Shown here in pieces: positions 28,641-37,212 of a stretch of DNA of 64,000 nucleotides. The notes under the pieces are model-generated. The model saw only the letters and a list, made by a program, of their open reading frames with translations, made no database searches and was not told where the DNA came from. Numbering within the stretch: position 1 is the first letter of the stretch; each line of letters opens with the position of its first letter. The position numbers and the translations under genes are program-made. Source of the DNA: Oscillospiraceae bacterium (lineage in GTDB: Bacteria; Bacillota; Clostridia; Oscillospirales; Ruminococcaceae); the NCBI GenBank assembly GCA_018110985.1, contig JAGAWT010000031.1, forward strand, positions 88,491 through 152,490. Reading direction: 5' to 3'.

Positions 28641-29432
28641 TTATCTGTGTCCGCCGAAGCCTCCGCCGCCGTGATGGCCGCCGGAAAAGCCTCCGCCGCC
28701 CCCGTGTCCCCCTCCCGAGGAGGAGGAATTGCTGTAGGAATAGTGCCTTTCATTTACCAGCCTGTCATTGGAAAGGTAGAAGGCTGTGCCCCTTGCAGTC
28801 TTGTCCATATACCTTTCGGCTCCGGGTCTTACGAGCTTTTTGTAATTCGAGTTTACCACGGCAACAGCTATGATGGATATAATGACCGAAATCAGCAGAG
28901 GGATGAGCACCGTCACAAGGGTTATGTCCGATGAACCGGGACCCCTGCGGTAATACCCCGTGGTCTTGTCCACAAGGACATTTACAACGCCCATATCATC
29001 ATAGTCGAAGTATTTGTCCCTCATCCGGGAATTCATGTTGTCAAAGCGGCGGCCCACCACATAATCACGGGCTTCTCCCGCAATGACCGTGTACCTGTAG
29101 CCCACATCGCAGAAGAAGAGCACGCCGGAAGAATCTCTGCCGAACACACTGTCGTAGATCTCCTCCGCCTTTCTGCCCGCCATAGTGTAGGCGGCGCTGT
29201 CGCCGTAGACCTCCGGATCGTAGTCATATTCATTCGTGGTGTAGATGCCGTAGTTCCAGCCGGTTTCCGCAGCCGCTGCTTCCAGCTTTGAATAGACCTC
29301 GGCTTCCTGGGACTCATCGTAAATATCCGCAGTATCTTCAAGGTAGACCTGCCCTGCCGCATATACCCTTTGGGGAAGCAGCAGAAGGAGGGCAGCCATA
29401 AGAAATCCGAAGAAGAAACATTTCTTTCCCAT
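28641..29432 (-). CDS. TPM-domain protein with a C-terminal TM segment and Gly/His-rich tail (YdjH-like)
   Basis: Signal/TM, TPM (DUF477) core, TM, tail SSSSGGGHGGGGGFSGGHHGGGGFGGHR. Start is MGKKCFFF at 29432 with GGAGGT upstream. 2-nt gap to the upstream gene. Confidence 0.7.
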   Translation of the reverse strand: MGKKCFFFGFLMAALLLLLPQRVYAAGQVYLEDTADIYDESQEAEVYSKLEAAAAETGWNYGIYTTNEYDYDPEVYGDSAAYTMAGRKAEEIYDSVFGRDSSGVLFFCDVGYRYTVIAGEARDYVVGRRFDNMNSRMRDKYFDYDDMGVVNVLVDKTTGYYRRGPGSSDITLVTVLIPLLISVIISIIAVAVVNSNYKKLVRPGAERYMDKTARGTAFYLSNDRLVNERHYSYSNSSSSGGGHGGGGGFSGGHHGGGGFGGHR

Positions 29433-29434
29433 GA

Positions 29435-30469
29435 TCACATACCTCCGATCATGGTGCCCGCTATGGTGACTATCACCATGATGGCAGCCACAAGTCCTAT
29501 GAGCTTGCCCACACTGACGGGGTATCGCCCTGCCACCTTTGCAGTCTGTCCGTTGAGAGCAAAGTTGTATATCTTGCCGTTGTATTTGTAGGTCATGAAC
29601 CACACGGGCAGAAGCATATATTTCCAGGTGGTGTTCACAAGGCGTATCCTTTTGTCCGTTACGGAAACGGAACCGAAAGTCTTCAGGTCATTGAGGATAT
29701 ACTGGAGAGCGGCATCCTCCACCCTGCTGCTTATCCTGGGAAGCACCTCCAGCTTGTCCACGTCGTACTTGTCGCAGAAAAAGCCGGAAAGGTAGGACAT
29801 ATCGAAATCCCTCAGCTCCTGATAGTTGAAGGGCTCCACCGCATCCATGGTGTCATCGTCTATCTTCCTTGAACCGTCGGCGGGAACGCCTTTGAAAACC
29901 AGCTTTGCGCCCCTTTCGTGAGAGAAGGTCTTTTCCGTGACATAGGTCCTGTCCCCTCTTGAATGGGATATCCTCTTCACGGAACGGGCGGTGACTCTCG
30001 CATCCACATCCACATCCGCCATCCAGAAAGGGACATAGAGACCCGTCATCTTTTCAAGGGTGCTGTCGGAGAGAAAGTCAAAGGGGAGGAATTTCTTTTT
30101 CCCGCAGTGCTGTCTGAACATCTTTTCCGCACTTTCCCTGTCCAGCTTGAAGGGTATTATCTTATCGGGTCTCAGAGCGCCTGTGAGCCTTCCCGTAAGG
30201 GATACGGGATTGTGGCAGTAATAGCAGAAGGTGGCAGCGGTATTGTGGTCGCAGAATATCTCCGCACCGCAGCTTTTGCAGGTATAGACATCCGTCTGCT
30301 CCTCAAAATCTATATCTTCCTTTTGCTGTTCCTGCGGTGCGTTTTCCTTGACCTCATCCTCCGTGAAAACAGAACCGCAGTATTCACACTCAAATGCCAC
30401 CTTCTCCGGTGTCCATTTGAGCTCACCGCCGCAATTGGCGCACTTAAAGGTAACAGTCGTCTGAGCCAT
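29435..30469 (-). CDS. Double zinc-ribbon protein with a C-terminal TM anchor (YdjG-like)
   Basis: Two N-terminal CxxC...CxxC ribbons, a central domain of unknown function and a C-terminal TM helix. Confidence 0.6.
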   Translation of the reverse strand: MAQTTVTFKCANCGGELKWTPEKVAFECEYCGSVFTEDEVKENAPQEQQKEDIDFEEQTDVYTCKSCGAEIFCDHNTAATFCYYCHNPVSLTGRLTGALRPDKIIPFKLDRESAEKMFRQHCGKKKFLPFDFLSDSTLEKMTGLYVPFWMADVDVDARVTARSVKRISHSRGDRTYVTEKTFSHERGAKLVFKGVPADGSRKIDDDTMDAVEPFNYQELRDFDMSYLSGFFCDKYDVDKLEVLPRISSRVEDAALQYILNDLKTFGSVSVTDKRIRLVNTTWKYMLLPVWFMTYKYNGKIYNFALNGQTAKVAGRYPVSVGKLIGLVAAIMVIVTIAGTMIGGM

Positions 30470-30503
30470 ACCGTTCCCCGCCCCCTTCTTCAGGTCTCTT
30501 GTC

Positions 30504-30872
30504 TTATCCCTGTACCAGCTTTATAACGTAGATAACTATTATGACCAGTGCGGCGATACATCCCAGTATCTGCCATGACAGGGGCTTTGCCGCTTCCGGT
30601 CTGTAAGCATATTTGTCCCCGGGGACCCAGTAGACTTCCCTGTACTCCTCATCGGTGGGGGTCTTCTCTGCTATGCCGTCGGAAACGAGCAGGGTCTCAC
30701 CCTTGTGCTCTATCACATACTGGGCGAAAGTCTCACCGTTCTGCTGTGTGTAGCCGGAGATCTTCACTCTTATGAGCTGCCCTTTGACCCTTGCTTTCAC
30801 CTGGTTTATCATGGAATAGCCGCAGAAGCCCAGCACAGCCACCGCCAGGATAAGGTATATGATCCCGTTCAT
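30504..30872 (-). CDS. Two-TM membrane protein of unknown function
   Basis: N- and C-terminal TM helices flank a ~70-aa soluble segment. Confidence 0.5.
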   Translation of the reverse strand: MNGIIYLILAVAVLGFCGYSMINQVKARVKGQLIRVKISGYTQQNGETFAQYVIEHKGETLLVSDGIAEKTPTDEEYREVYWVPGDKYAYRPEAAKPLSWQILGCIAALVIIVIYVIKLVQG

Positions 30873-30885
30873 TTTTCATATCTCC

Positions 30886-31365
30886 TCATAAAAGTTTTTT
30901 TGAGAAAGCATCAATGTCGCTGCCCGATGTTTCCTTTTTACTCAGGGGGTCAGTAAACACGGCCGAAGCCCCGAACTCCTTTCCCAAAAGAGCGGACAGC
31001 CTGGACAGAGCCTTTTCTCCGCCGCTTCCTGCCTGGCAGGCAAAGGCAAAGATCTCCTTGCCCTTTAAAGCGTCAGAGTTTTCCGTCACAAAGCTGCGTA
31101 TAGGGGGTGCAAAGTTTGAAGCCCACACCGGAAAGCCAAAAACCACCCTGTCGTAATCGGACAAGCGGATATCATAGGGTTCAAGCTCCGGCTTTTCTGC
31201 CATTATCGCACTCTTTCCTCCCCAGAAGAACTTGGCAAAGCCCTTGTCCGCATAGGCTTTTTTCGGCACGAGCCGCAGAGTGTCTGCGCCTGTTTTTTCG
31301 GCCAGCTGCTCTGCGGCATACTTGGTATTGCCTTCAAGGGAGAAATAAACTATTAGGGTCCTCAT
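30886..31365 (-). CDS. Flavodoxin
   Basis: Start is MRTLIVYFSLEGNTKY. Flavodoxin FMN-binding loop. The start ATG overlaps the TAA stop of the SPFH gene (TAATG). Confidence 0.75.
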   Translation of the reverse strand: MRTLIVYFSLEGNTKYAAEQLAEKTGADTLRLVPKKAYADKGFAKFFWGGKSAIMAEKPELEPYDIRLSDYDRVVFGFPVWASNFAPPIRSFVTENSDALKGKEIFAFACQAGSGGEKALSRLSALLGKEFGASAVFTDPLSKKETSGSDIDAFSKKLL

Positions 31366-32636
31366 TACGGTCTGGGCTTGCCGCAGCCGCCGCAGAACTT
31401 GCCTGTGTTCTTGGTGCCGCAGTCTGTGCAGAACCATTCGCCGGCAGTGTCACCTGCGGGCTTGGGCTTGCCGCAGCCGCCGCAGAATTTACCGGTGTTC
31501 ACGGTGCCGCAGTCGGGGCACTTCCACTCACCCTGAGCCGCAGGCTTGGGCTTGCCGCAGCCGCCGCAGAAATTCCCCTGGTTCACGGTGCCGCAGTCGG
31601 GACACTTCCAGCCGCTCTGTGCTGCTGCCTGCTGAGCTGCCTGAGCCTGCTGCTGCATCTGGAAAGCATTGGTCTGGGAAGCCGACTGCATAAAGCCGCC
31701 TGCTGCATTCATACCCATGCCCACACCCATAAATGCGTTGGCTGCGCCGGAGGTGTTGGAGCCCGCAGACTGTATGCCCTGTGCCACAGAGGACTGCACA
31801 AAGCCCTCTCTGATGGTGGGATCGCTCATCATAGCGCCCTTGTTGCGCATATTGATAAGCTCCTTGGACTCATCATCGTAGCTTATGGAGGCTATGCCCA
31901 CAGAGCATACCTCTATGCCCCTGAGCTCGTTCCAGTCCTCGTCAAGGGTCTTGGCCATGTACTTGGAGAGCTCTCTTGACTTGGAGGTTATCTGTGAGAT
32001 GCGGACACCGTCAACGCTCATCTGGTTGATAGCCGTCTGGAGGGCATCCATGAACTCGTTGAGGAGCTGCTCGTTAAGGTTCTTGGAATCTATCCTGCTT
32101 GTGCCCTTGGGAGCAAACTCCGCATAGAACTTCAAAGGATCGGTGATCTTTATGGAATAGGTGCCGTGAGCTCTGAGAAAAAGCTCCGCATTGTAGAAAT
32201 TATCAAAGTACTGCACGGGGTTCTTGGTGCCGAACTTTATGCCCTTGATCTCTGCGGTGTTCACATAGTAAACAAGCTGCTTTGAGGAGGGGATGCCGTT
32301 GAACTGGAAGCGTCTCCAGGTCTCCTTGAGAGATTCCTTCAGCTCACCGTTGAAAAGAGAGGGAGCAGAGGAATTGTTTACCTCATAATAGCCTTCCTGT
32401 GCACAGTAGTCAACGATCTTTCCGCCGTCTATGAGCAGCATGAGGGTGTTGGGATAAACATGGATGATGGAGCCGTTGGAAACATAGTCCTCCGTAGACT
32501 TTGAACTGCCCTTCTTCATCACCACGCCCTTTACAAGGAGAGTGCCCTCGCTCATGTCCGCAGGCTCGATGACTTCCTTCCACGAATCCGCAAGTACACC
32601 GGATACGGCGTTAACGCCGGCGCTGATAAGTCCCAT
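31365..32636 (-). CDS. SPFH/Band-7 domain protein (COG4260, virion-core-protein-like, YdjI-like) with three C-terminal zinc-ribbon repeats
   Basis: SPFH core. Gln/Ala-rich linker. Three tandem copies of WKCPDCGTVNxGxFCGGCGKPKP. SD AGGAGG. Confidence 0.75.
   Translation of the reverse strand: MGLISAGVNAVSGVLADSWKEVIEPADMSEGTLLVKGVVMKKGSSKSTEDYVSNGSIIHVYPNTLMLLIDGGKIVDYCAQEGYYEVNNSSAPSLFNGELKESLKETWRRFQFNGIPSSKQLVYYVNTAEIKGIKFGTKNPVQYFDNFYNAELFLRAHGTYSIKITDPLKFYAEFAPKGTSRIDSKNLNEQLLNEFMDALQTAINQMSVDGVRISQITSKSRELSKYMAKTLDEDWNELRGIEVCSVGIASISYDDESKELINMRNKGAMMSDPTIREGFVQSSVAQGIQSAGSNTSGAANAFMGVGMGMNAAGGFMQSASQTNAFQMQQQAQAAQQAAAQSGWKCPDCGTVNQGNFCGGCGKPKPAAQGEWKCPDCGTVNTGKFCGGCGKPKPAGDTAGEWFCTDCGTKNTGKFCGGCGKPRP
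31368..31602 (-). repeat. In-frame tandem nucleotide repeats (three units of ~69 nt) encoding the zinc-ribbon modules
   Basis: Repeated GGCTTGCCGCAGCCGCCGCAGAA...GTGCCGCAGTC units visible on the plus strand. Confidence 0.6.
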
Positions 32637-32660
32637 AAAAATGACCTCCTGATTTATATT

Positions 32661-32786
32661 TTATTTTTTCTTTTTGGTAACTATTCCTGCCACTGCCGAA
32701 CCTATGACCAGTACTCCGGCAACCACAGCTATTATCACATACACAAAGGTGGGGATATTCCCCGTCGGAACGAAATCCGTAATCAT
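32661..32786 (-). CDS. 41-aa single-TM micro-protein (MITDFVPTGNIPTFVYVIIAVVAGVLVIGSAVAGIVTKKKK)
   Basis: ATGA overlap with the stop of the upstream cell-wall-binding protein gene. SD GGAGGT 9 nt upstream. Below the ORF-track cutoff. Confidence 0.4.
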   Translation of the reverse strand: MITDFVPTGNIPTFVYVIIAVVAGVLVIGSAVAGIVTKKKK

Positions 32787-33628
32787 TGCACAAGACCTCC
32801 GAATCCGCTCATATCACCTGTGAAGCCCGAAAGATCCCCTATCCAGCCTTCAAACATCTCTTCCAGCCCCTCAGCTCCCTTGGTGTCGTAAGCCAGAGAC
32901 ATGGCAGGAGACATAAAGACAACGGAAGAAAAGCTTATACCCTGCTGCTTGTCCGAAACAAGGAAGGCATAGGAGGTGCCGTTTTTATAGACATAGGCTG
33001 TCTGACCGTCACGGGTGGTCTTGGAATCGTACTTGTAGCCCAGATCCTTGAGTCTGGCCTTCATATCCGCATCTGCTGTTTTCTTTACGGAAGAATCAAC
33101 TATGATGAGGAGTGTACCTTTGTCGGGTTCAAAGAAGTAGGTAGATGCAGTCTCCGCACTGGTCGCCCCCGATGAAACTACCACCATGGAACCTATTTCC
33201 ATGGCGTTTTTGTTTTTGAGCAGGGACTTCTTTGTGGTCTTCCAGTCAAGAGAGGCGGCAACAGTACCCTTCAGGGCTCCGTTGTTGCCGAAGTCGTAGG
33301 TAATGCCGTCCAGCTTTACCTTTCCTGTCCTCATTTTGCCGTCGGCACCGAAATAGTACTTTCTCTTGTTTACATTGACCCAGCCCGTAGCCATTTTTCC
33401 GTTTTGTGAGGCAAGGAAATAATAGGTCCTGCCGTCTATTTTCCTGAAGCCCGTCACAAGCTTGCCGTTCTCGTCATAATAATACTTTGCACCGTTTTTG
33501 GTCTGCCAGCCCGTAGCCTTTACAGCGGCTACGCTGTACATGGTCTCAGCGGCATATACAGGGGGAGTGATGACAGGCACGCTCAGAGCGGCTGCCATAA
33601 GCAGTGCCGCTGTCTTTTTTCTGTTCAT
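32783..33628 (-). CDS. Secreted protein with cell-wall-binding repeats and a C-terminal domain; first gene of the envelope module
   Basis: Signal peptide. WQTKNGAKYYYDENGKLVTGF-type repeats. SD AAAGGAGAGG. Confidence 0.65.
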   Translation of the reverse strand: MNRKKTAALLMAAALSVPVITPPVYAAETMYSVAAVKATGWQTKNGAKYYYDENGKLVTGFRKIDGRTYYFLASQNGKMATGWVNVNKRKYYFGADGKMRTGKVKLDGITYDFGNNGALKGTVAASLDWKTTKKSLLKNKNAMEIGSMVVVSSGATSAETASTYFFEPDKGTLLIIVDSSVKKTADADMKARLKDLGYKYDSKTTRDGQTAYVYKNGTSYAFLVSDKQQGISFSSVVFMSPAMSLAYDTKGAEGLEEMFEGWIGDLSGFTGDMSGFGGLVQ

Positions 33629-34161
33629 TATCTGCCTCTCCTTTCGTTTAAAAAAGCAAAACTGCCGTAAATTATCTGCGGTTTTTATAGTTTTCGATGG
33701 CTATGCGGCTCCCTATGATCCTGAAAGCCCACAGCACATACTTTACAACAAATGATAAAACGCTCATCTGATAATGTCCTTTTTTTCATGTGTGAAGGTG
33801 CAGACCTTCTCTGCCCTCCGACCACAATATGATTTTAACATATTCCGACAAAAAAATCAATATAAATCTTTGATTTCTAATCAAATCATAATCTGCTGCG
33901 GGAGGGCATCCAAAAACCCGTTTCTTTTCTGCTTATTGCACAAAACACGGCCTATCATTGCGGCACATTTTGTATGATCTTAAATACCTGTATTCTTATA
34001 TGGTTTGTAGGCATGGCGTTTTCCGAGCCAAATCAACAAATTTGCCGGTCAAACGGACTTCGATTTGCCAAAATGCACAATTCCATCTTCATTTTTTGTT
34101 TTCACCCACGATTTGAAATCCTTTTGCTTTTGCCGTATAATCATAACATCAACCAAAGGAG

Positions 34162-34746
34162 ATGACGATCATGAACAACAAGGAAAAGAGATCACCCCTG
34201 TACTATGTTGTGGCTGTGGGACTTATGGCCGCACTTGTCTACATCGGCAATTACTTTCAGATAAAGATCCCCAACGGCGGTCTTGTGACAAGGATACACC
34301 TTGGCAACTCCATGTGTCTGCTGGCGGGACTGCTTTTCGGCGGAGTACCGGGAGGACTTTCATCGGGCATAGGCGCAGGTCTTTTCGACCTCTTCGACCC
34401 CAATTATATATCATCCGCTCCCTACACCTTCTTCTCAAAGTTTGCCATGGGCTTTACCGCAGGTCTGCTGCGCAAGAAGGGCGATAAGGCGAACGAAAAG
34501 CTGACAGTGGTCGTTTCCGCAGTAGTGGGTCAGATAGTATATATCATCCTCTACCTTGCAAAGACCTATGTGAGCCAGAGGCTCCTTGGTGAGCCAAACT
34601 CCGTGGCACTGGCAAAGGTACAGCTCAATGCTGTCACCTCCTCCATAAACGGAGCACTGGCGGTCATCATCGCAGTTCCCCTGTACTTTGCCCTTTCAAA
34701 GGCACTTTCACATACAAATTTCGGAAAGCTCATAGCCGCAAGATGA
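34162..34746 (+). CDS. ECF transporter S component (substrate-specific subunit, specificity undetermined)
   Basis: ~190 aa, 6 TM, typical S-component topology. SD AAAGGAG. Long upstream leader. Confidence 0.7.
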   Translation: MTIMNNKEKRSPLYYVVAVGLMAALVYIGNYFQIKIPNGGLVTRIHLGNSMCLLAGLLFGGVPGGLSSGIGAGLFDLFDPNYISSAPYTFFSKFAMGFTAGLLRKKGDKANEKLTVVVSAVVGQIVYIILYLAKTYVSQRLLGEPNSVALAKVQLNAVTSSINGALAVIIAVPLYFALSKALSHTNFGKLIAAR

Positions 34747-34793
34747 TCCGCCGCAGCAGGAGCACCGAGAGCACAGACAGTACAGATATCTCC

Positions 34794-34828
34794 GGAGCGC
34801 CGCAGCCCTGCGGCGCTCCGCTTTTTTC
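34794..34828 (+). terminator. Rho-independent terminator (GGAGCGCCGCAG-CCCT-CTGCGGCGCTCC followed by GCTTTTTTC)
   Basis: Perfect 12-bp GC stem plus T-tract. Confidence 0.75.
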
Positions 34829-34846
34829 GGCTGCCCGACAGCTATA

Positions 34847-34949
34847 ATACTGATTCTTCCTCGATGTATAGACGATCTCCAAGCCCCAGATCCCTTATAT
34901 TCAAGAATTTGCGGCTTGTTTCTTGTCTATACATCGGTCAGAGATCAGT
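34847..34949 (-). repeat. MITE-like palindromic repeat, copy F (inverted orientation, GAC/GTC sub-family)
   Basis: Same unit as the other copies. Begins 19 bp after the terminator. Confidence 0.8.
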
Positions 34950-35055
34950 ATAAGATATAAAACAGCGATATATCAGAAAAAACGCCATGGCACTTCCTAC
35001 TCCTCATCGGAAATACCATGGCGTAAAATGTACAGTCAAGCCACAGGACTGTTTA

Positions 35056-35433
35056 TCATTCAAAAGCAGCTATCAGCTCTATCTCTGCAAGGACTCCCTT
35101 GGGGAGCTTGGATGCCTCCACGCAGGAACGGGCGGGCTTGCTGACAAAATACCGTCCGTAGACCTCGTTGAACTTCCCGAAGTCGTTCATGTCCGCAAGG
35201 AAGCAGGTGGTCTTCACCACGTTCCCGAAGCTGAGCCCTGCCGCATCAAGAACGGCGCTCAGGTTTTTGCAGATCTGCTCTGTCTGCGCCTCTATCCCCT
35301 GTGCATCCACATTTCCCGTGGCAGGGTCAATGGCTATCTGCCCGGATGTAAAGAGGAAGAGTCCGGACTTTACTGCCTGTGAGTAGGGTCCTATGGCATC
35401 GGGAGCGCTGTGGGTATAGATGATCTCCGACAT
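35056..35433 (-). CDS. ridA: RidA/YjgF-family reactive-intermediate deaminase
   Basis: Full-length RidA signature (GPYSQA...PARS.VEV..LP). Confidence 0.8.
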   Translation of the reverse strand: MSEIIYTHSAPDAIGPYSQAVKSGLFLFTSGQIAIDPATGNVDAQGIEAQTEQICKNLSAVLDAAGLSFGNVVKTTCFLADMNDFGKFNEVYGRYFVSKPARSCVEASKLPKGVLAEIELIAAFE

Positions 35434-35454
35434 TTTACATTTCCTTTCCGTTTG

Positions 35455-37197
35455 TCAAATATATTCTCTGAGCACCTCTACCGAACCGGAGATTATCTCG
35501 TTGGCACGGTCGATGCACTTGTTTATCCTGTCTGTGCTTTCCTCACTTCTTGCCATTTCAAGAGCCTGAGTGACAGTCTCTCTGCCCACTGCCTCCTGAG
35601 TGCGGTATATCTCATCCAGCTGATCGGAGGCAAACTGCTCGAAGTTCTTGTAACACTCCTTCAGATCCTTTATGGTGGAGGATCTGATGTCATCATAATT
35701 TTCAAGGGTGGTGTCTATTATATCGGACTGCCTGTTCTTCTTCATGATGTTTCTGAAGAAGGGCATAGTGCCGGACGGGAAGCCTACGCTTCTCTCCGCA
35801 CCCTGGGATGCTGCCTGCTTTATCTTGTCTGCCACGAAGGAGTTGACATTCACGGTCTCCGAAGTGGATATGCGGGCAGCTGCCAGGTCTGCTATGCCCA
35901 GCTTTCTCGAAAGCTGAACGCCCATATCGTTTATGATGCCGTTGAGCCTTTCCTGATGTATCTCCAGACAGCGCCTGTAAGCCTCTCCCACCTTGTCCAT
36001 GAGGTAGGAGTAGAAGTGCCTTTCCACGTCCTCTGCGGTGGTGGTCTGACGGGATGCGACGATATCCTCTCTCAGCTTTACGAAGAATTCGTACATCCAG
36101 TATTCAGCCTCCTGCTTCATCTCCGTTATGGAAAGAAGTATCTTGGGCTTCTGGTTCTCAAGGGCGGTGGCTAAGTTCTCACATTCCTTGTCAAAGTCTG
36201 CCTGAAGCTTCTCCAGCTTTTCGGAATCCATCTTCAGCATATCGCTTATCATGCCCAGCCTGTTGAGAGTGTCCGTCATCATCATGGAGAGCATCGAGAA
36301 AACTCTCTGTGTGCGGAGAGTATCCTTCTGCACTATGACCTCTCTTGAAAGAGCCAGCTCAAACTTCAAAAACTGGTTCTCGTAGAATTCCTGGAAGCCC
36401 TTTATATCCGGGCGGTTGAGCCCTATCTTGCGCCTGTATTCATCAATGCCGCTGATACCGTATACCTCCGCCACGGGGATTATCTGTGCGCACTTCTCCC
36501 TGATATGGTTTATTATGCGCTCTATATCCTCCATGGTGTCTATGGCATCTATCATATTGATGAGGACGAACACCTTGCTGAAATTCTGCGGCACTATCTG
36601 GCTTGCGATAAAATACTGCTCGCTCTCAGAAAAGGGTGAGAGTGCGCTTGCCACATATATCACCGCATCCGCTTTCACAAGAAATTCCTTTACCTGTGAA
36701 TCGAGCTCATCAAGGTCGGACAGACCCGGAGTGTCCACCACCTGTATCTCCTTGAGAATGGGTGCATCGCTCTTTACGTCGATGTATTCAAGAGAGCCGG
36801 GGAAGAAATCCAGAAGCCCCAGCAGCCTTTCACGGCTAAGGTCATCCTGTGTGAGCGTAACTCTCTTGCCGTTTCCGAGCACCGCCTCCACATTGGGGTT
36901 TTCGCCGTAGGAGAAACGGTTTATGGTAAAGGTCTCGGGAGCCACGTTCACGGGGGCTACGCTGCGACCCAGTATGGCATTTATTACAGTGCTCTTTCCC
37001 CGCTTGAAATCTCCCACTATCACCAGTGAGAAGGGTTCGGTCAGCTTTTTCTCAATGATCTGATCCCATTTTTTCATGCGGTTGGTGGCGTCCTCACCGA
37101 GGATGCCGCAAAGCTCCTGATCTTTCAGAAGTCTTTTAAGGTCGCCCCTGACAAGGGCTATATCATACTCTGCATTATCGTACTTGTTTTTATTCAT
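35455..37197 (-). CDS. Bacterial dynamin-like GTPase (DLP), soluble partner
   Basis: G1 GDFKRGKST, G3 DTPG, long helical stalk. 580 aa. Confidence 0.8.
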   Translation of the reverse strand: MNKNKYDNAEYDIALVRGDLKRLLKDQELCGILGEDATNRMKKWDQIIEKKLTEPFSLVIVGDFKRGKSTVINAILGRSVAPVNVAPETFTINRFSYGENPNVEAVLGNGKRVTLTQDDLSRERLLGLLDFFPGSLEYIDVKSDAPILKEIQVVDTPGLSDLDELDSQVKEFLVKADAVIYVASALSPFSESEQYFIASQIVPQNFSKVFVLINMIDAIDTMEDIERIINHIREKCAQIIPVAEVYGISGIDEYRRKIGLNRPDIKGFQEFYENQFLKFELALSREVIVQKDTLRTQRVFSMLSMMMTDTLNRLGMISDMLKMDSEKLEKLQADFDKECENLATALENQKPKILLSITEMKQEAEYWMYEFFVKLREDIVASRQTTTAEDVERHFYSYLMDKVGEAYRRCLEIHQERLNGIINDMGVQLSRKLGIADLAAARISTSETVNVNSFVADKIKQAASQGAERSVGFPSGTMPFFRNIMKKNRQSDIIDTTLENYDDIRSSTIKDLKECYKNFEQFASDQLDEIYRTQEAVGRETVTQALEMARSEESTDRINKCIDRANEIISGSVEVLREYI

Positions 37198-37212
37198 CTT
37201 TGCGCCCCCTTA

